Assembly (NCBI GenBank): GCA_946965045.2
Contig: OX337241.1
Coordinates: 2,418,001 to 2,482,000 of the forward strand
Length of the DNA stretch: 64,000 bases
From: Epithemia pelagica
Lineage: Eukaryota; Protista; Bacillariophyta
Direction: 5' to 3'
The notes under the pieces: model-generated
Databases searched by the model: none
What the model saw: the letters and a program-made list of their open reading frames with translations, nothing else
Told to the model about the DNA's origin: nothing
Shown here: positions 20,097 to 32,116 of the stretch, in pieces
Position numbering within the stretch: position 1 is the stretch's first letter
How the letters are laid out: every line of letters begins with the position of its first letter
Position numbers and translations under genes: made by a program

Positions 20097-20930
20097 ATGA
20101 TGCTGGTTTCGTTTGTGACTGCCGTATTCCCCTGGATTGTCGTCGTCGTCTCGGCCCAACACCAACTTCAACAAGACATGCCCCGTTGGTCGTCTGTGGT
20201 GGTGCCATCCTCCGAGTTACGACAACAAGACGACGAACCGCAGCAACGAAGCACTCGAGGACAATCACCACCACGTCTCCTAGATACGTGGGAACTCGTT
20301 TCTCGAGCGTTGGATGCTACTTCGACAACCTCTTCCCGAGAAGCTCGCAGGGACGAACCACACGAAGAAAGTAGCAGTCGCGGCAAATCCCGATTCTCCA
20401 AGCCTCGTGGTTTGGGAGCCAAAGAGACCATGTACGAGCAACACAAGGAGCGCAAGACGGAAAAGTCGAGAGGTTTGACAACGTCGGGCATGAAAGGCAG
20501 CGATGCGTACCACAAACAGGGCAAGGCTTGGAAATTTCACAAGGCGAACACAACGGCGGCAGCGGCGACCAACTTGGAAGATACGGAGGAATTGGTCCAT
20601 GCACTTTGCGACATGTGGGAGGTATTTAATGAAATGGGACGCCACGAAAACCGGGACTTGAACAATCCTCATTGGTCCAGTTTGTGCGATGACTTTGAGT
20701 CGTTGGACAAGTACTTGTGTCCTCCACGGGAATTGGTGGAGGAGGCCATTTGCACCCATACACGGCCGTACTTGGATCCGGCCGTCCGCACCCGGTACTG
20801 TCAACCTCTCACGTCGTACATTGTGGACCATGACAGTTTTCGTGACAAGTGTGTGTCTTGGTGTACCAATTATGTTAGTCATGCTCGTGGAAACTGTTGC
20901 GAGATTGGCTGTCCCACTCCGAGCTATTAA
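20097..20930 (+). CDS. Putative secreted protein with Cys-rich C-terminus
   Basis: Signal-peptide-like MMLVSFVTAVFPWIVVVVSA at ATG 20097, within ORF 19770-20930. About ten Cys in the C-terminal third. Confidence 0.55.
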   Translation: MMLVSFVTAVFPWIVVVVSAQHQLQQDMPRWSSVVVPSSELRQQDDEPQQRSTRGQSPPRLLDTWELVSRALDATSTTSSREARRDEPHEESSSRGKSRFSKPRGLGAKETMYEQHKERKTEKSRGLTTSGMKGSDAYHKQGKAWKFHKANTTAAAATNLEDTEELVHALCDMWEVFNEMGRHENRDLNNPHWSSLCDDFESLDKYLCPPRELVEEAICTHTRPYLDPAVRTRYCQPLTSYIVDHDSFRDKCVSWCTNYVSHARGNCCEIGCPTPSY

Positions 20931-21114
20931 ATGTCAATGGTTTTTTGAGGAACCTGTGTTTTCCTCGGTGCCGGACCATGATTTTGGAGAAAGTACCTCT
21001 CCTATTACAAACCGCGAATGTATGACTACACAAGACGTCGTGGTACTATAACTATACTACAACTTATCCTAAAATGTCAACTAGCTTTTGTGGTGTGACT
21101 GTGTGTGTGTATTT

Positions 21115-22272
21115 TTATGGAAAGTGGACTCGTCGTCCTTCGGGATTGCCCGCAAAGACATCGAGCATACGATAGGGCAAGGCTTGTTCTTGTTGTGATT
21201 GTTGTTGCGTCGTCGTGGTTGTGGTTGTTGGTGTTGGGTGTTGGGCATTTTCAATCAAGACATCCAAATCGGCCTTGAGAACATGACGAGGAATGGGTCC
21301 AATCAAGGCCGTTTCGACATCTCCACTGGCCGAAACCAAGGCCAAATGGGGAATGGCATCGACCCCAAAGGCTTCAATGTAGGGCCAGGATTCGGCCTTG
21401 TCGCCATCCACCATGACAAAATTGACCCGATCCTTGTACTCTTCCTCCACTTGCAACAAGGTGGGAGCCGCCAATTTGCAATTTTCACACCACTGCGGCG
21501 TGTGTACAGACAGTCCGTCCACCAAGAGACACATTCCACACAGAAAACCAAAAACAAACAAACAAGAACCATTGTGAGCCACATACTCTACACCAAGTAT
21601 TCGTATGTCGTATGTAGAGGATGGCCGAACACACCATGCCCATGCGGGTTGCACAGCAAATCAACAGCAACAACGACGTACCGGTGCCCAAAAGTCCACG
21701 ACGGTGGGTTTGTCATTGACCCCAATGACAGACATGGATTGTGAGTTTTGTTGCATGGTATACAAGAGTTGCACGGGTTGAACGGGATGGGTGAATTGAT
21801 AGAGGTAGGTGGTCACGGCCAAGGCAACCGATACCACGGCGGCCCATAGATTGCGTCGTTGCGATGCCTCGATGGCAGCGTCTGCTGTGGGAGCCGTATC
21901 CGTACTCGTCGTCGTCATGGCGGCCACCAACAACGACGCGTCCTCCGTTGGTGCATTGCTGCTTCTGGGTCGTTGGGTCAAGGGAACCGACTCGCCAAAT
22001 CGAGAAGGAGCCGTCGTAGTCGAGGTCTCGTCGTCGTCGTTTTCATCCAGCAACAACAGACTGTTGCTCTTATCGATCGTCGCGTTTCGAACCATGTCGT
22101 CGTCGTGTTGTTCTTTGGAGGACGACAGGGACAGTAGAGTCTGCTGGTTGGGCCCCTGCACTCGTCGTATTCTCAACAAGGTCGACGAACATGGTGCCGT
22201 CCTGGAAAAGGCATTGGACACGAAGCATGTCCATCCCAAAACATAAAAACACAACAACAATCTCCGTACCAT
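21115..22272 (-). CDS. HCF164: HCF164-like plastid thioredoxin; exons 22272-21682 and 21492-21115
   Basis: Removing the 21493-21681 GT-AG intron joins VVDFWAP to WCENC (thioredoxin CxxC typical of HCF164/TxlA). Signal peptide with SNA-F cleavage-type motif and a TM helix (LWAAVVSVALAVTTYLY) before the Trx domain. Confidence 0.85.
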
Positions 22273-22339
22273 CCTTATGGGACTTGTTGTTGTTGTTGTT
22301 GTTGCAGTCCTTTTATCACTTCCCGATGGGATGCAAATG

Positions 22340-22443
22340 TGACAAGGGAGTGCGACCTAATGGTGACCCCTTAGCCCTACGTCAGACTCGCAATCGTCAG
22401 TGCCAACGCACACCATATCTTTAGGCCCTACTACATTTCGTAA
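22340..22443 (+). repeat. 5' LTR, part 1 (continues at 25581-25622)
   Basis: Matches 32117-32220 with 2 mismatches and ends in the TAA target of the Harbinger insertion. Confidence 0.92.
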
Positions 22444-22636
22444 GGTTCGGTCTTATGGGAGCGTGATATCATCTCATATCACGCTGACGGACATTCTCCA
22501 TGTCGCACCTTCTAGTATGATAAAATTTGGTTCTTATCAAGATGATATGATATCATCTTATCATCCCCTCCTCTAGTTCTAGCCCCCCCAACTCTCATTC
22601 ATCTCGTCCAAATCAAAACAGCAACGAAACAAAAAG

Positions 22637-23932
22637 ATGGAGAGAAACAACCTTGGTGAAGAAAACTTCCAGCGCCAAAGGCAAATGGTGTTAGCAGTTG
22701 CTTCTCTAATGCCAGTTCTGTTATCAATGCAGAACAAACAAGAAGAAGCCACCCGAAATCAACCCGAGTCTCGCGAGAAGAGCACCCCATTGAAAAGAGT
22801 CAATTGGGAAACGTTCAAGGCGGACAACATTGGCAACAACCAGGCCGACTTCATCAAGTGCATCAGAATGCCCATGGATGCTTTCTTCCTGCTTCATGAT
22901 CTACTTAAGGAAGATCTACGCAAAAACCAGGAGATGGGTGATCTCCGTGGGGGACATATTGAGTCTGAAGTTAAGCTCTATTCTACATTACGATACTTGG
23001 GTGGTGATGCAGTTCACAACATAAGGCGAAGCATGGGGATTTCAAAATCTTACTGCTATCAAATATTGCATGAGGTTGCTGAAACAATCGTTAATTGTCC
23101 TGCTCTCGCTATTAAATTCCCAAGTACCGAAACAGAATGCGAAGAAGCAGCTATTGGGTTCGAGTCCATCTCGTTTGGTCAAGCAATCATCAATTGTGTG
23201 GCAGTGATAGATGGGTATCTCCTTCACACGAATATGCCCAGTAAGAGACTTGTGGGTAACCAACGCCAGTTTTACTCCGGTCACTACTGCAAATTTGGAT
23301 TCAACATCCAGGCAGCATGTGACCACAATGGAAAATTTCTATATTTTGCTATTGTTGGCCCTGGCAACATGAATGACAGGGTAGCATTCTACGAATGTGA
23401 CCTTGCTTCGATGGTGGACAACCTACCTCCGGGCTATTGCGTCATTGGGGACGCTGCCTACGACCCTTCGGAGCATGTAACTCCAATCTACTACAGGGTA
23501 AATCATACGGAGCCCTTTTTTGACAATTTTAATTACTTTGCTTCCCAGTTGCGCATTCGAGTAGAGATGGCCTTTGGGCTTATGCAAATGAAGTGGCGCT
23601 ATCTACAACGTCCCAGTCAAGTAACGCGTTGGCTCCCAGTATATGTTATGGCCATTGCACGGCTACACAATTTTGTTGTCCAATGCCAACTCAATCAAGG
23701 TGAGTCTTTGCAAAATATGCATCGAACCGAAGCTCTTCATAATCAAGACAACAGCACTTTTTTGCCATCACAACCTGTAGATGTGAGTGGAAATGTGTTG
23801 CTGTATGATGACCAAGGGTTTCTCCGTCGTAATCGTCGTCTAAACAGGTCACATTCCACTGTACGACATCAAATGGCTTCACGAATTGAACAACAAGGCC
23901 TTGTTCGTCCCACACAAAGCCACCAGAATTGA
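22637..23932 (+). CDS. Harbinger DDE transposase (HARBI1-like, 431 aa)
   Basis: Motifs VAVIDGYLL, FNIQAACDHNGKF, CVIGDAAY and IRVEMAFGLMQMKWRYL. Helix-turn-helix-like TLRYLG...GISKSYCY region. Confidence 0.92.
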   Translation: MERNNLGEENFQRQRQMVLAVASLMPVLLSMQNKQEEATRNQPESREKSTPLKRVNWETFKADNIGNNQADFIKCIRMPMDAFFLLHDLLKEDLRKNQEMGDLRGGHIESEVKLYSTLRYLGGDAVHNIRRSMGISKSYCYQILHEVAETIVNCPALAIKFPSTETECEEAAIGFESISFGQAIINCVAVIDGYLLHTNMPSKRLVGNQRQFYSGHYCKFGFNIQAACDHNGKFLYFAIVGPGNMNDRVAFYECDLASMVDNLPPGYCVIGDAAYDPSEHVTPIYYRVNHTEPFFDNFNYFASQLRIRVEMAFGLMQMKWRYLQRPSQVTRWLPVYVMAIARLHNFVVQCQLNQGESLQNMHRTEALHNQDNSTFLPSQPVDVSGNVLLYDDQGFLRRNRRLNRSHSTVRHQMASRIEQQGLVRPTQSHQN

Positions 23933-24002
23933 GACTACCAGGAATTGAAGTAATAAAGAAGGATATTAATACAGAGAGACATTTTGGACATTACAGATGT
24001 TA

Positions 24003-25385
24003 CTAATTTGATTCCTTGGAAGAGGTGGAAGAAGAGGATTCCGAATCTGCTGGTAAATCTAGCTTCTCCGCTAGCTTCTCCAACTTTTTGGCAAATTTGC
24101 GTTTCATACGTCCCTCTGCCGCAACCATGAGACGCTGGACCTGTTCATACTGTCGTTGAAGCGATTCAGTCGTCATCTGGTCCATGGCTACTTTTACTGA
24201 TTGCTGCATGGCAACAGCAGTTGTTCCTTCCAAAGACTTAGTTGTCTGGGAATTGGGTGTGGAGGAACGACTCTTCTTGCCTGACTTGCCTGTCGAAGAG
24301 ATTGTTCCAAGTGGCCGTGTACTCTCGGCTCGAAGACTCTCTGGCAGCGAAGTGGTGAATGTATGGGCAAAACCTTGGACCATCTCAGCCCTAGTGAAAA
24401 AGTAGAAGGCCACAAAGCGGTGCACTTTGGTAGTCGCCTTATACAAAGCCTGATCAACAAAAGCCATTGGATCACTGTCGTGTGATCCACTGGCTTTCAT
24501 CGCAGTAGAGATCAATTTCCTGATGTTCAACAAGGCCTTGAAAAGCATCGTAACATCGCTGCTTGTGATCTTTACACAGTTTTCAATGGTAGGTACCATT
24601 CCTTCTTGCTTTGCATCCGTGATGTGGCCATTGTAAGTGTTGTTCTCCTCTATGTCTTCTTTGAGGAGCAAGTCCTTGTACGGATCCTCAGGTGGGTCAT
24701 CCAACCCGAAGTCAAGAATTCTCCTCTCGGAATCGGCTGCTTCGATAGGTTGCGAGTCAGGAAGCTCCGCAAGGGTATCCTCTTCACGGACAAGGATTGT
24801 TTCCCGACTAGAACTTGATTGTTGTTGTTGTTTTTGGGGAGTGGTCTCCGAACCATTGACTGCATTGACAACTGACTTCCAAAAGCGTTCGTAGGAAGAA
24901 CCAGGCCCAGTTTCTTGTGTAGTTCTTGATCTGGCATCATTGAAAGCCACAAAGTCCTCCACATAGTTTCTATGAAACCATACATTGATTATACGACAAT
25001 GAGTGGCGGGGAGCTTTCGTGCGTCTCGCTGGATGATGCCTTGATCACCCTTGGAACGTAGGATCCAATAGCAGCACTGTCCCTTGGAAAGACTCCCTTT
25101 GGTAACACCGAGGTTCTTTGCAATCTTGCGGAGTTGTAGAGCAGTGAGCTCTTTTTCCAGTCGACACTTGTCGTCGCCCTTGATTATTGATTCCGCAACC
25201 TCCAACTCTTCCTCCACTCCGTCATCATTCTTTATTTTCTTCCTGGTGGAGGTAACTTCGTAGTCAGGCATGCTGAGAATATTCAGTGTTTGAAGAAAAG
25301 GTGGAAGGGGTTTCTCTACCTGCTTCTTTGCCTTCTTGGCTACAGGTGGAGGTGCTGTACCATCCGGTGGAGGTGGTTTCTCCAT
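24003..25385 (-). CDS. Harbinger second ORF (putative DNA-binding partner protein)
   Basis: Long ORF (track 24003-25499; likely ATG 25385, MEKPPPP) inside the TIRs, convergent with the transposase. Harbingers characteristically encode a second Myb/SANT-like protein, but the domain itself was not recognised here. Confidence 0.7.
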   Translation of the reverse strand: MEKPPPPDGTAPPPVAKKAKKQVEKPLPPFLQTLNILSMPDYEVTSTRKKIKNDDGVEEELEVAESIIKGDDKCRLEKELTALQLRKIAKNLGVTKGSLSKGQCCYWILRSKGDQGIIQRDARKLPATHCRIINVWFHRNYVEDFVAFNDARSRTTQETGPGSSYERFWKSVVNAVNGSETTPQKQQQQSSSSRETILVREEDTLAELPDSQPIEAADSERRILDFGLDDPPEDPYKDLLLKEDIEENNTYNGHITDAKQEGMVPTIENCVKITSSDVTMLFKALLNIRKLISTAMKASGSHDSDPMAFVDQALYKATTKVHRFVAFYFFTRAEMVQGFAHTFTTSLPESLRAESTRPLGTISSTGKSGKKSRSSTPNSQTTKSLEGTTAVAMQQSVKVAMDQMTTESLQRQYEQVQRLMVAAEGRMKRKFAKKLEKLAEKLDLPADSESSSSTSSKESN

Positions 25386-25580
25386 GGTGCTGTTTGTTCT
25401 ACGATAGGTGGGTAGCAAAGAAAAAGACAAGAGGTAGAGAGGATGATAAGGATGAATATCGTGCGTCAAAAATTTGCGCATGATATTCATTCTTATCATC
25501 TTATCATGCTGCTACGTCAGAACACGTGTGCAAAATCGTGATAGAACATGAATATCACGCTCCCATAGGACCAACCCTAA

Positions 25581-25636
25581 TACGTTTACTTAGTCATAAT
25601 TTTACAAACCATTCCCTTTTCAGGTTATGAGCCCAA
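25581..25636 (+). promoter_or_regulatory. 5' LTR part 2 (25581-25622) and primer-binding site (25623-25636)
   Basis: The LTR ends attcccttttCA, immediately followed by GGTTATGAGCCCAA. This resembles the GGTTATGGGCCC PBS of Copia elements primed by an initiator tRNA-Met fragment. Confidence 0.8.
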
Positions 25637-25837
25637 GTATCACGCACGTAAAATAACACACAATTTTGGTTGCGAAAGAGGAGAAAACCGGACCTTGACG
25701 TTGAGAAAGAGCCGTCGGAAAGAGCCCGTTGAAGTTCCCAAGTCCTACCGAATTGCAAGAACCACAAGAGCCCGTTTATATAAACGGTGAGCATCGAAGA
25801 CACGAAGAAAAGAAGAGCAGCTGTAGTTTTGCGGTGA

Positions 25838-28800
25838 ATGGAAACCCTTCAAGACCTTCTGAACCTATTACGAGATTCCGATTTGGATTCTGAAACAGGG
25901 TGGTCAGATACTGTAAGCGTAGCTAGTAGCATAATGTCGACAACCAGTACTACAGCCCCCATTGTGATCAATGGCGAGACCATTGAGGTTAACGATCAAG
26001 CGACGCCAGCACAGAACGTGGAAACCGCATTGTTCAAGAAAGAAGACCGTGAAGGGATGGGCGCAGAGAAGCGTCAAGAACTCTTTGCCAAGGCTTCAAC
26101 TTCTACCCCAGCCAAATTCGACCTTCTGTCTACCAACATTACGGACGTGAAGCAACTCGAAGAATGCTACAACCTCAACTTGATGGTCTCAAAAGGTTGA
26201 AGAGTCAGCATATCATGTATGATATGCATGACGTCTTTATGATTGTGACACCTGATGGCACAGGTCCCTCATTGAAGACTGACCAGAAGCACCAACCTAA
26301 AGACCTTTATTCGTATTATTCCGATCTTACGGAAGAACAGGTTGCTTTGAGCAATGAGTGGTACTCTACTTGGCCAAAAAAGAGCTGGTATCGGGAGAAT
26401 CTCATGCTGACTGCAAAACAGCTTGAGGTCAGTATGAAAAATACACTGTGGACGAAAGTCTACGAACGCTACAAGCGATACAAGACCGAACAGCAAGGAG
26501 GTCCTCTAGTCTTCATTATCATGATGAAGCTTCTTGTTACTCATACGGAACAAGCCACTAAGTCACTAGTTGACACAGTTGAGAACCTCAAGATCTCAAA
26601 AGTTCGCGGCGAAAATGTTTCCAAGATTGTGAGTCTGATTCTAGGAGCACACGAACGCTTAGAAGCCATTGACATGGTTCCCGAAGACTTCGACAAGACC
26701 GTTCTCTCTGTTCTTCAAACAAGTTCTGTGGACAAATTCAACAAGGCCCGATCCGGCTCATCCATCCAGTCGCAGTTCACGATCCCCAAGGTGGAGTCTC
26801 TCTTGGATCTGGCCGAGCAAGAGTATCTCTCTCTATGCCGTGCCAATGAATGGACTGGTGCCAAAACCCGTGGAAGTCCGTCGTCCTTTAACGCCTCTGA
26901 AACTTCTAAGACTAGCAGTTCTAATCGTAAAGGTCCTACCTGTTGGAATTGTGGCGGGAATCACACCCTCAAAGATTACCAGAAGCCACGCAATGAAGCT
27001 CTTATCGAGGCAAATTGGAAGAAATTCAACGACGCCAAGAACAAGACTGGAACCACCGGTTCATCATCAAATACTGGGTCACGTTGCCACAAATGGCGAC
27101 CTCCTACTGCTGACGAAAACAATCGGCGTGTGATCGATGGCACTCCTATGTCCTGGAATGCCGAAACGAAACGATGGGCGGCCGTTGCTAGCCCACCTAC
27201 TGAAGCCACTGCCGCAGGTACAACCGGATCTGGTGCCTCCACCAATTCCGGATCTTGTCGCGTGCAGATTGCTGATTCCGCAAACGTTGCCGCTGGCTAC
27301 GACGAGGCCAATAACCGTCGAGCCATTGAACGGACTGTCAATACCCTGATGGCCCAGTTCCAAGCCCTCCCGTGATGGTGTGGCCGTCGACTTGTCGATG
27401 TAGGCCACCTTCTCTTCCATTGCTGTGTTCCCAGGAGGGATACCTGGGTTCTTCTCTCTTTTGTTTGGTTGTTGTTTGTGTGTGGTGTTTCGTTCTGGCC
27501 CGGAGCTAGCGTTCCCTCCATTCCTGGATCTCTCATTCTTTTCCCCCTTTTGGTCTTGCTCTTATCCGTTGTGCCTCGTTCGCGAGAGGGAGGTGGACGG
27601 CGCACCTTTTTCGCCTCATTCCCATACAAGCCCGTCCGAGCACGCCGATCCTACAAGACCAAAACCTATCATGTGCGAAAACGTTTCACAACAGCCCTTT
27701 TGATGTTTAACATAGTCACCCATTCGACTGTCACATGGGCTGGTACGGTGGACCAAGGTAGATCCCCGTATACCAAGAAGCAACCGTTGAAAGTCCGACG
27801 ACGACCTAAGCCCGCGAAAACAACAAGGCCCAAGGCATCTTCTCGTCGAGAAACGCAACGAAACGACCGAAATGGTGAGATCGACCATGGTTGACCGGAT
27901 TCTTCCGCTACATTGTGGATGTACGAACCGACGCTGTTTCCAGAAGGACCAGATCGTTGGAAGCTACCGAACGGCCGTCTTTCCCAGTGCTTTGGGACTA
28001 CGGACGAGCTCATCGCAGTAATTTTTCAGAACGATCTTCCAAGGCAGACAATGGACCCTATAGCGCAGTTCCGTGCAATTAAGGAACTTGGTGGTGGATT
28101 GTTACATCGGACACGCAAGAAAGGAAGTCGACGAGTCTCTCAGGCCATGATTGCAGCGATAAAGCTCTCGACGACCTCCGGTTATCAAGACAATACGTCC
28201 CTCCATCATCGTATGTCGGTGTATCTCAACACGTCCAATGAACAAGACCATCCAGTCGTAATCGACACTGGAGCCTCCACATCCTTGACCCCACGCTCAA
28301 TGACTTTGATGGACCTATCAAGCCATGCGATACGACCGAACTCAACGGTCTAGCAAGCACAACCAAGGTAGTGGGTGTTGGCATGGTCCAGTGGACCATT
28401 CGCGATGTCTTTGGCGTCGTCCGAACAATCCGGACGAAAGCCTACTACGTCCCAGACGCAAGCATCCGCTTGTTCAGTCCGCAATCGTACTTCCAAGAAA
28501 AAGAAGCCGGTGGATTGTCGCTTGATCACGCCCGTTGCCGTCTCACATTGCACGAGATGGTAGCGAGTTGACTTTCCCGTTCAATTGGCAGAGCAACCTT
28601 CCCTTGATGTTGCCGAGCACGCAAACGCAGATGGGGTTGACCTTTGAAGATGTAATGTCCATCCAAGAGATGGAAGCTTTCATGTCGGTGGCAGCGGAGA
28701 CAAACCAAAATATGACTGCGGCGCAGCGCGAGTTGCTTTCATGGCACTGGCGCCTAGGCCACGCGCACTTTGAATGGATTCAAGATCTCTGTCGCGATCC

Positions 28801-31800
28801 AAAGATGGATCGTCGACGCGTCCTGCACACTCGACACACACAAGTGTCAAGCTGCCCGACGCGGAACCTACGCTGTACTGCTTGTCAACTAGGGAAGCAA
28901 CGACGTCGTGGAGCAAACACGCAACACGCTAATACTAAGGAAGGACGTCAAATGGTCACCAAGTCAGAGAACCTAGCTCCCGGTGACCGAGTGAGTATTG
29001 ACCAATATCAGTCACCCTTAACTGGTCGCTTGCCGCACACGAAAGGAAAAGAACCGAAGAAAGATCAGTACACGGGTGGGACTCTATTTGTGGACCATGC
29101 CTCTGGTCTTATGTACTGTGTCCACCAGGTGTCCCTCAACACTGGTGAGACCGTTGAAGCGAAGTTGGAATTTGAACGATATGCCCTTGACCATGGCGTG
29201 ACAGTTAAGTCGTACCTAGTGGATAACAAACCCTTTGGGAATGCCAAATTTGTCGAGGCTGTCGATGCGGCCAACCAGACCCTTTCTTTTTCGGGTGTCG
29301 GGGCACATCACCAAAACGGTGTTGCCGAACGTGGCATTCAAACTGTAACGAATTGGGCCCGCACCATGATGCTTCATGCGGTTCTTCACTGGCCCGAACA
29401 TGCACACGATTTGAGCCTTTGGCCCTTTGCACTACGACACGCCGTCTGGTTGTGGAACAACCTTCGCAAGCGTGGCACCTTTATTGCCCCATTGGAATTG
29501 TTTAGCGGTACTACCTTCCCTACGTTACATCACCTTCAACGGAGTCATGTCTGGGGTTGCCCCGTCTATGTGTTAGACCCGTCTCTTCAAGATGGCAAAA
29601 CACTGCCTAAGTGGCACCCGCGGTCTCGCCGAGGGCAATACTTGGGAGTTTCCCCCAACCATTCAAGCACCGTGGGCCTTATCCTCAACCTGACCACGGG
29701 ATTTGTCAGTCCCCAATTTCATGTGGTCTATGACGACCTCTTCTCCAGTGTCCCTAATGCTGAAACTGGAGGAGCCCTCCAGCCCGATGTGTTCACCGGT
29801 CCCTTTTGGGACAGCCTTCTTTCTACTGGCGTAGAGCGACTAGATGATGGAGATTACGATGGCGAACCGGAACCGCCGCCGCTTCATCACGATTGGCTCA
29901 CGAACGACGAGCTGGATGCGCTGCAACGACAACGCAACGAGGCCGAACGTATCAACGGCCTTCCTATACCTCAGCCGATTCTTCCGCCCCCTCCTTTGGC
30001 TCCAGAGGGAGCCGTGGTCCCTTTGGCTCCAGAGGGAGACGCACCGGATGTTGAGGACGCTCAAAGAGGACAACACTTTGAGCCGCCAGACGAAATGACT
30101 TTTGGTCGTGGCAAGAGAGTTCGCAAGCCTAATCCTAAGTATGCAAGCTTCTCGCAAGCACGGTGGGCTGCACTCTCTCATTTTTCCCACGAGTCTGAGA
30201 CGTACGGGCGAACAAAAGTAAAGCGCGACTCCCTCAATGATGCATTCCTGGCACGATTGGATTGGAGCACGGTCATTCACGAGCTCAAGTCTTCAACCAC
30301 ATCCCTATTGGGACGTCTCATGGCCCTCCACGTGGATGTAAGGACGGGGACGATGGAAGCTATGCATCCTATGATGCTAGTGACTAAAGCTGATGCAGCC
30401 GACAATCCTAGGTGGCATGATGCCATGAATGGACCGGACGCAGCTGGCTTTATGGAAGCCTGCAAGAAGGAGATTGACACTCTGTCCCGTCTCATGAAGG
30501 CCTGGGAAGTCGTTGACCGTCAGGATTGGATGAATGTCATTCCCTCTACATGGGCGTTTAAACGCAAACGCTATCCGGACGGATCGGTAAAGAAACTAAA
30601 AGCACGCTTCTGTGCTCGCGGCGATTTCCAAGTCGAAGGAGTTGACTTCTTCGAGACGTTTGCCCCTGTGGTTAATTGGACCACCGTTTGTCTCATGCTG
30701 ATCCTATCGAAAGTGTTGAACCTTGCAACGGTCCAAGTGGACTACACCGCCGCATTTCTACATGCACCAATTGATCGAGATCCCAACTGGAACTCGATGA
30801 CTCGACAAGAACGCGAACGAAGCGGCGTCTACGTCGAAATGCCTCGGGGATTTGGCCAGGACGGTAAAGTTCTCAAACTCATCCGGTCCTTATATGGCCT
30901 CAAACAAGCCCCAAGGAACTTCTTTTTACATTTTAAAGGGCAATTAGAACGCGTCGGATTTGTTTCCCAAGACGCAGTTGACCCATGTCTCTTTATTTCC
31001 GAACGAGTGATCGCAGTGGTCTATGTGGATGATATCCTCTTCTACAGCCCCAAGCGAGAATATATCGACGAAATCCTCGACAAGTTGAAGTCCGACGAAC
31101 ATGCCGAACTAGAAGTCGAAGGAAGTGTGGCAGGGTTCCTAGGAGTTCATATTGAAAGAGATGACTCGAACGGAACCATCAAGCTTACACAGAAAGGCTT
31201 AACCAAGCAAATCTTGGAAGCCCTACAAGTTGGTGACCTTGAGCGTAGCTGTACACCCGCTCTGTCAAAACCACTTGTGGAAGACAAGAATGGAGCACCA
31301 CCACAAGGACGCCATAATTTTGCTAGCGTGGTTGGGATGCTACAATATTTACATGCCCACAGTCGACCGGACATTACTTATGCCGTCAGTCAGTGTGCCC
31401 GTTTTACATTCAGCCCAAAGCGATCCCACGAAGAAGCGCTTGAGAAAATCGGCCAGTATCTGAAGCATACACAGGACCAAGGCCTTATACTTCAGCCCAG
31501 TACCAATTTGGATGTGGACTGTTTCGTGGATGCCGACTTTGCCGGACTATAGCCGTACGAAGACAAACTTGACCCAACGTGTGTCAAGAGCCGTACAGGA
31601 TTTGCGATTTGTATTGCCAACTGTCCTGTTATCTGGACCAGTAAGCTACAATCATCGATCACCTTAAGTACAATGGAGGCCAAATATAATGCCCTCAGTG
31701 AAGCCTTGAAGTCAGTTCTTCCCTTACAAGAACTCTTGACTCATGTGGCACGAGGAGTCGGTCTACCAGAAGATTACAAAACAACTTTCAAAACCACCGT

Positions 31801-32026
31801 TTGGGAGGACAATGCAGGAGCCTTGACGCTCGCAGATATGGAACCCGGTCGGATCACTCCTAGATCCAAATATTACGCGGTGAAGACTCATTGGTTTCGT
31901 TCTCATTTGAGCGAACGACTTAAAATTGTCAAAGTGGATACGACCCAACAACGTGCCGATATCCTTACCAAAGGCCTCACCCAAGCGACCTTCGAAAACA
32001 TTCAAAAACTGCTCTGTGGGTGGTGA
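25838..32026 (+). pseudogene. Copia gag-pol polyprotein, disrupted by frameshifts and nonsense codons
   Basis: Zinc knuckle CWNCGGNHTLKDY (last Cys lost), protease VVIDTGAST, integrase SIDQYQS/VDNKPF/HHQNGVAERGI, RT YVDDIL, RNase H FVDADFAGL*. Stops at 27373, 27892 and 31550. Frameshifts near 26190, 28295 and 28555. Confidence 0.9.
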
Positions 32027-32116
32027 GACGCCATTTCATTCCCTTTTCTTTTATTTTCATCACTACATTTACACTCTACTTACATGTTCTCATCCGAATG
32101 CTCGTCTGAGAGGGAG

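Larger units (their letters stand above)
22444..25577 (+). mobile_element. PIF/Harbinger DNA transposon (3134 bp)
   Basis: 26-bp TIRs (23/26 match; ggttcggtcttatgggagcgtgatat). TAA target duplication at 22441-22443 and 25578-25580, with a single TAA at the equivalent site of the 3' LTR. Two convergent ORFs. Confidence 0.93.
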
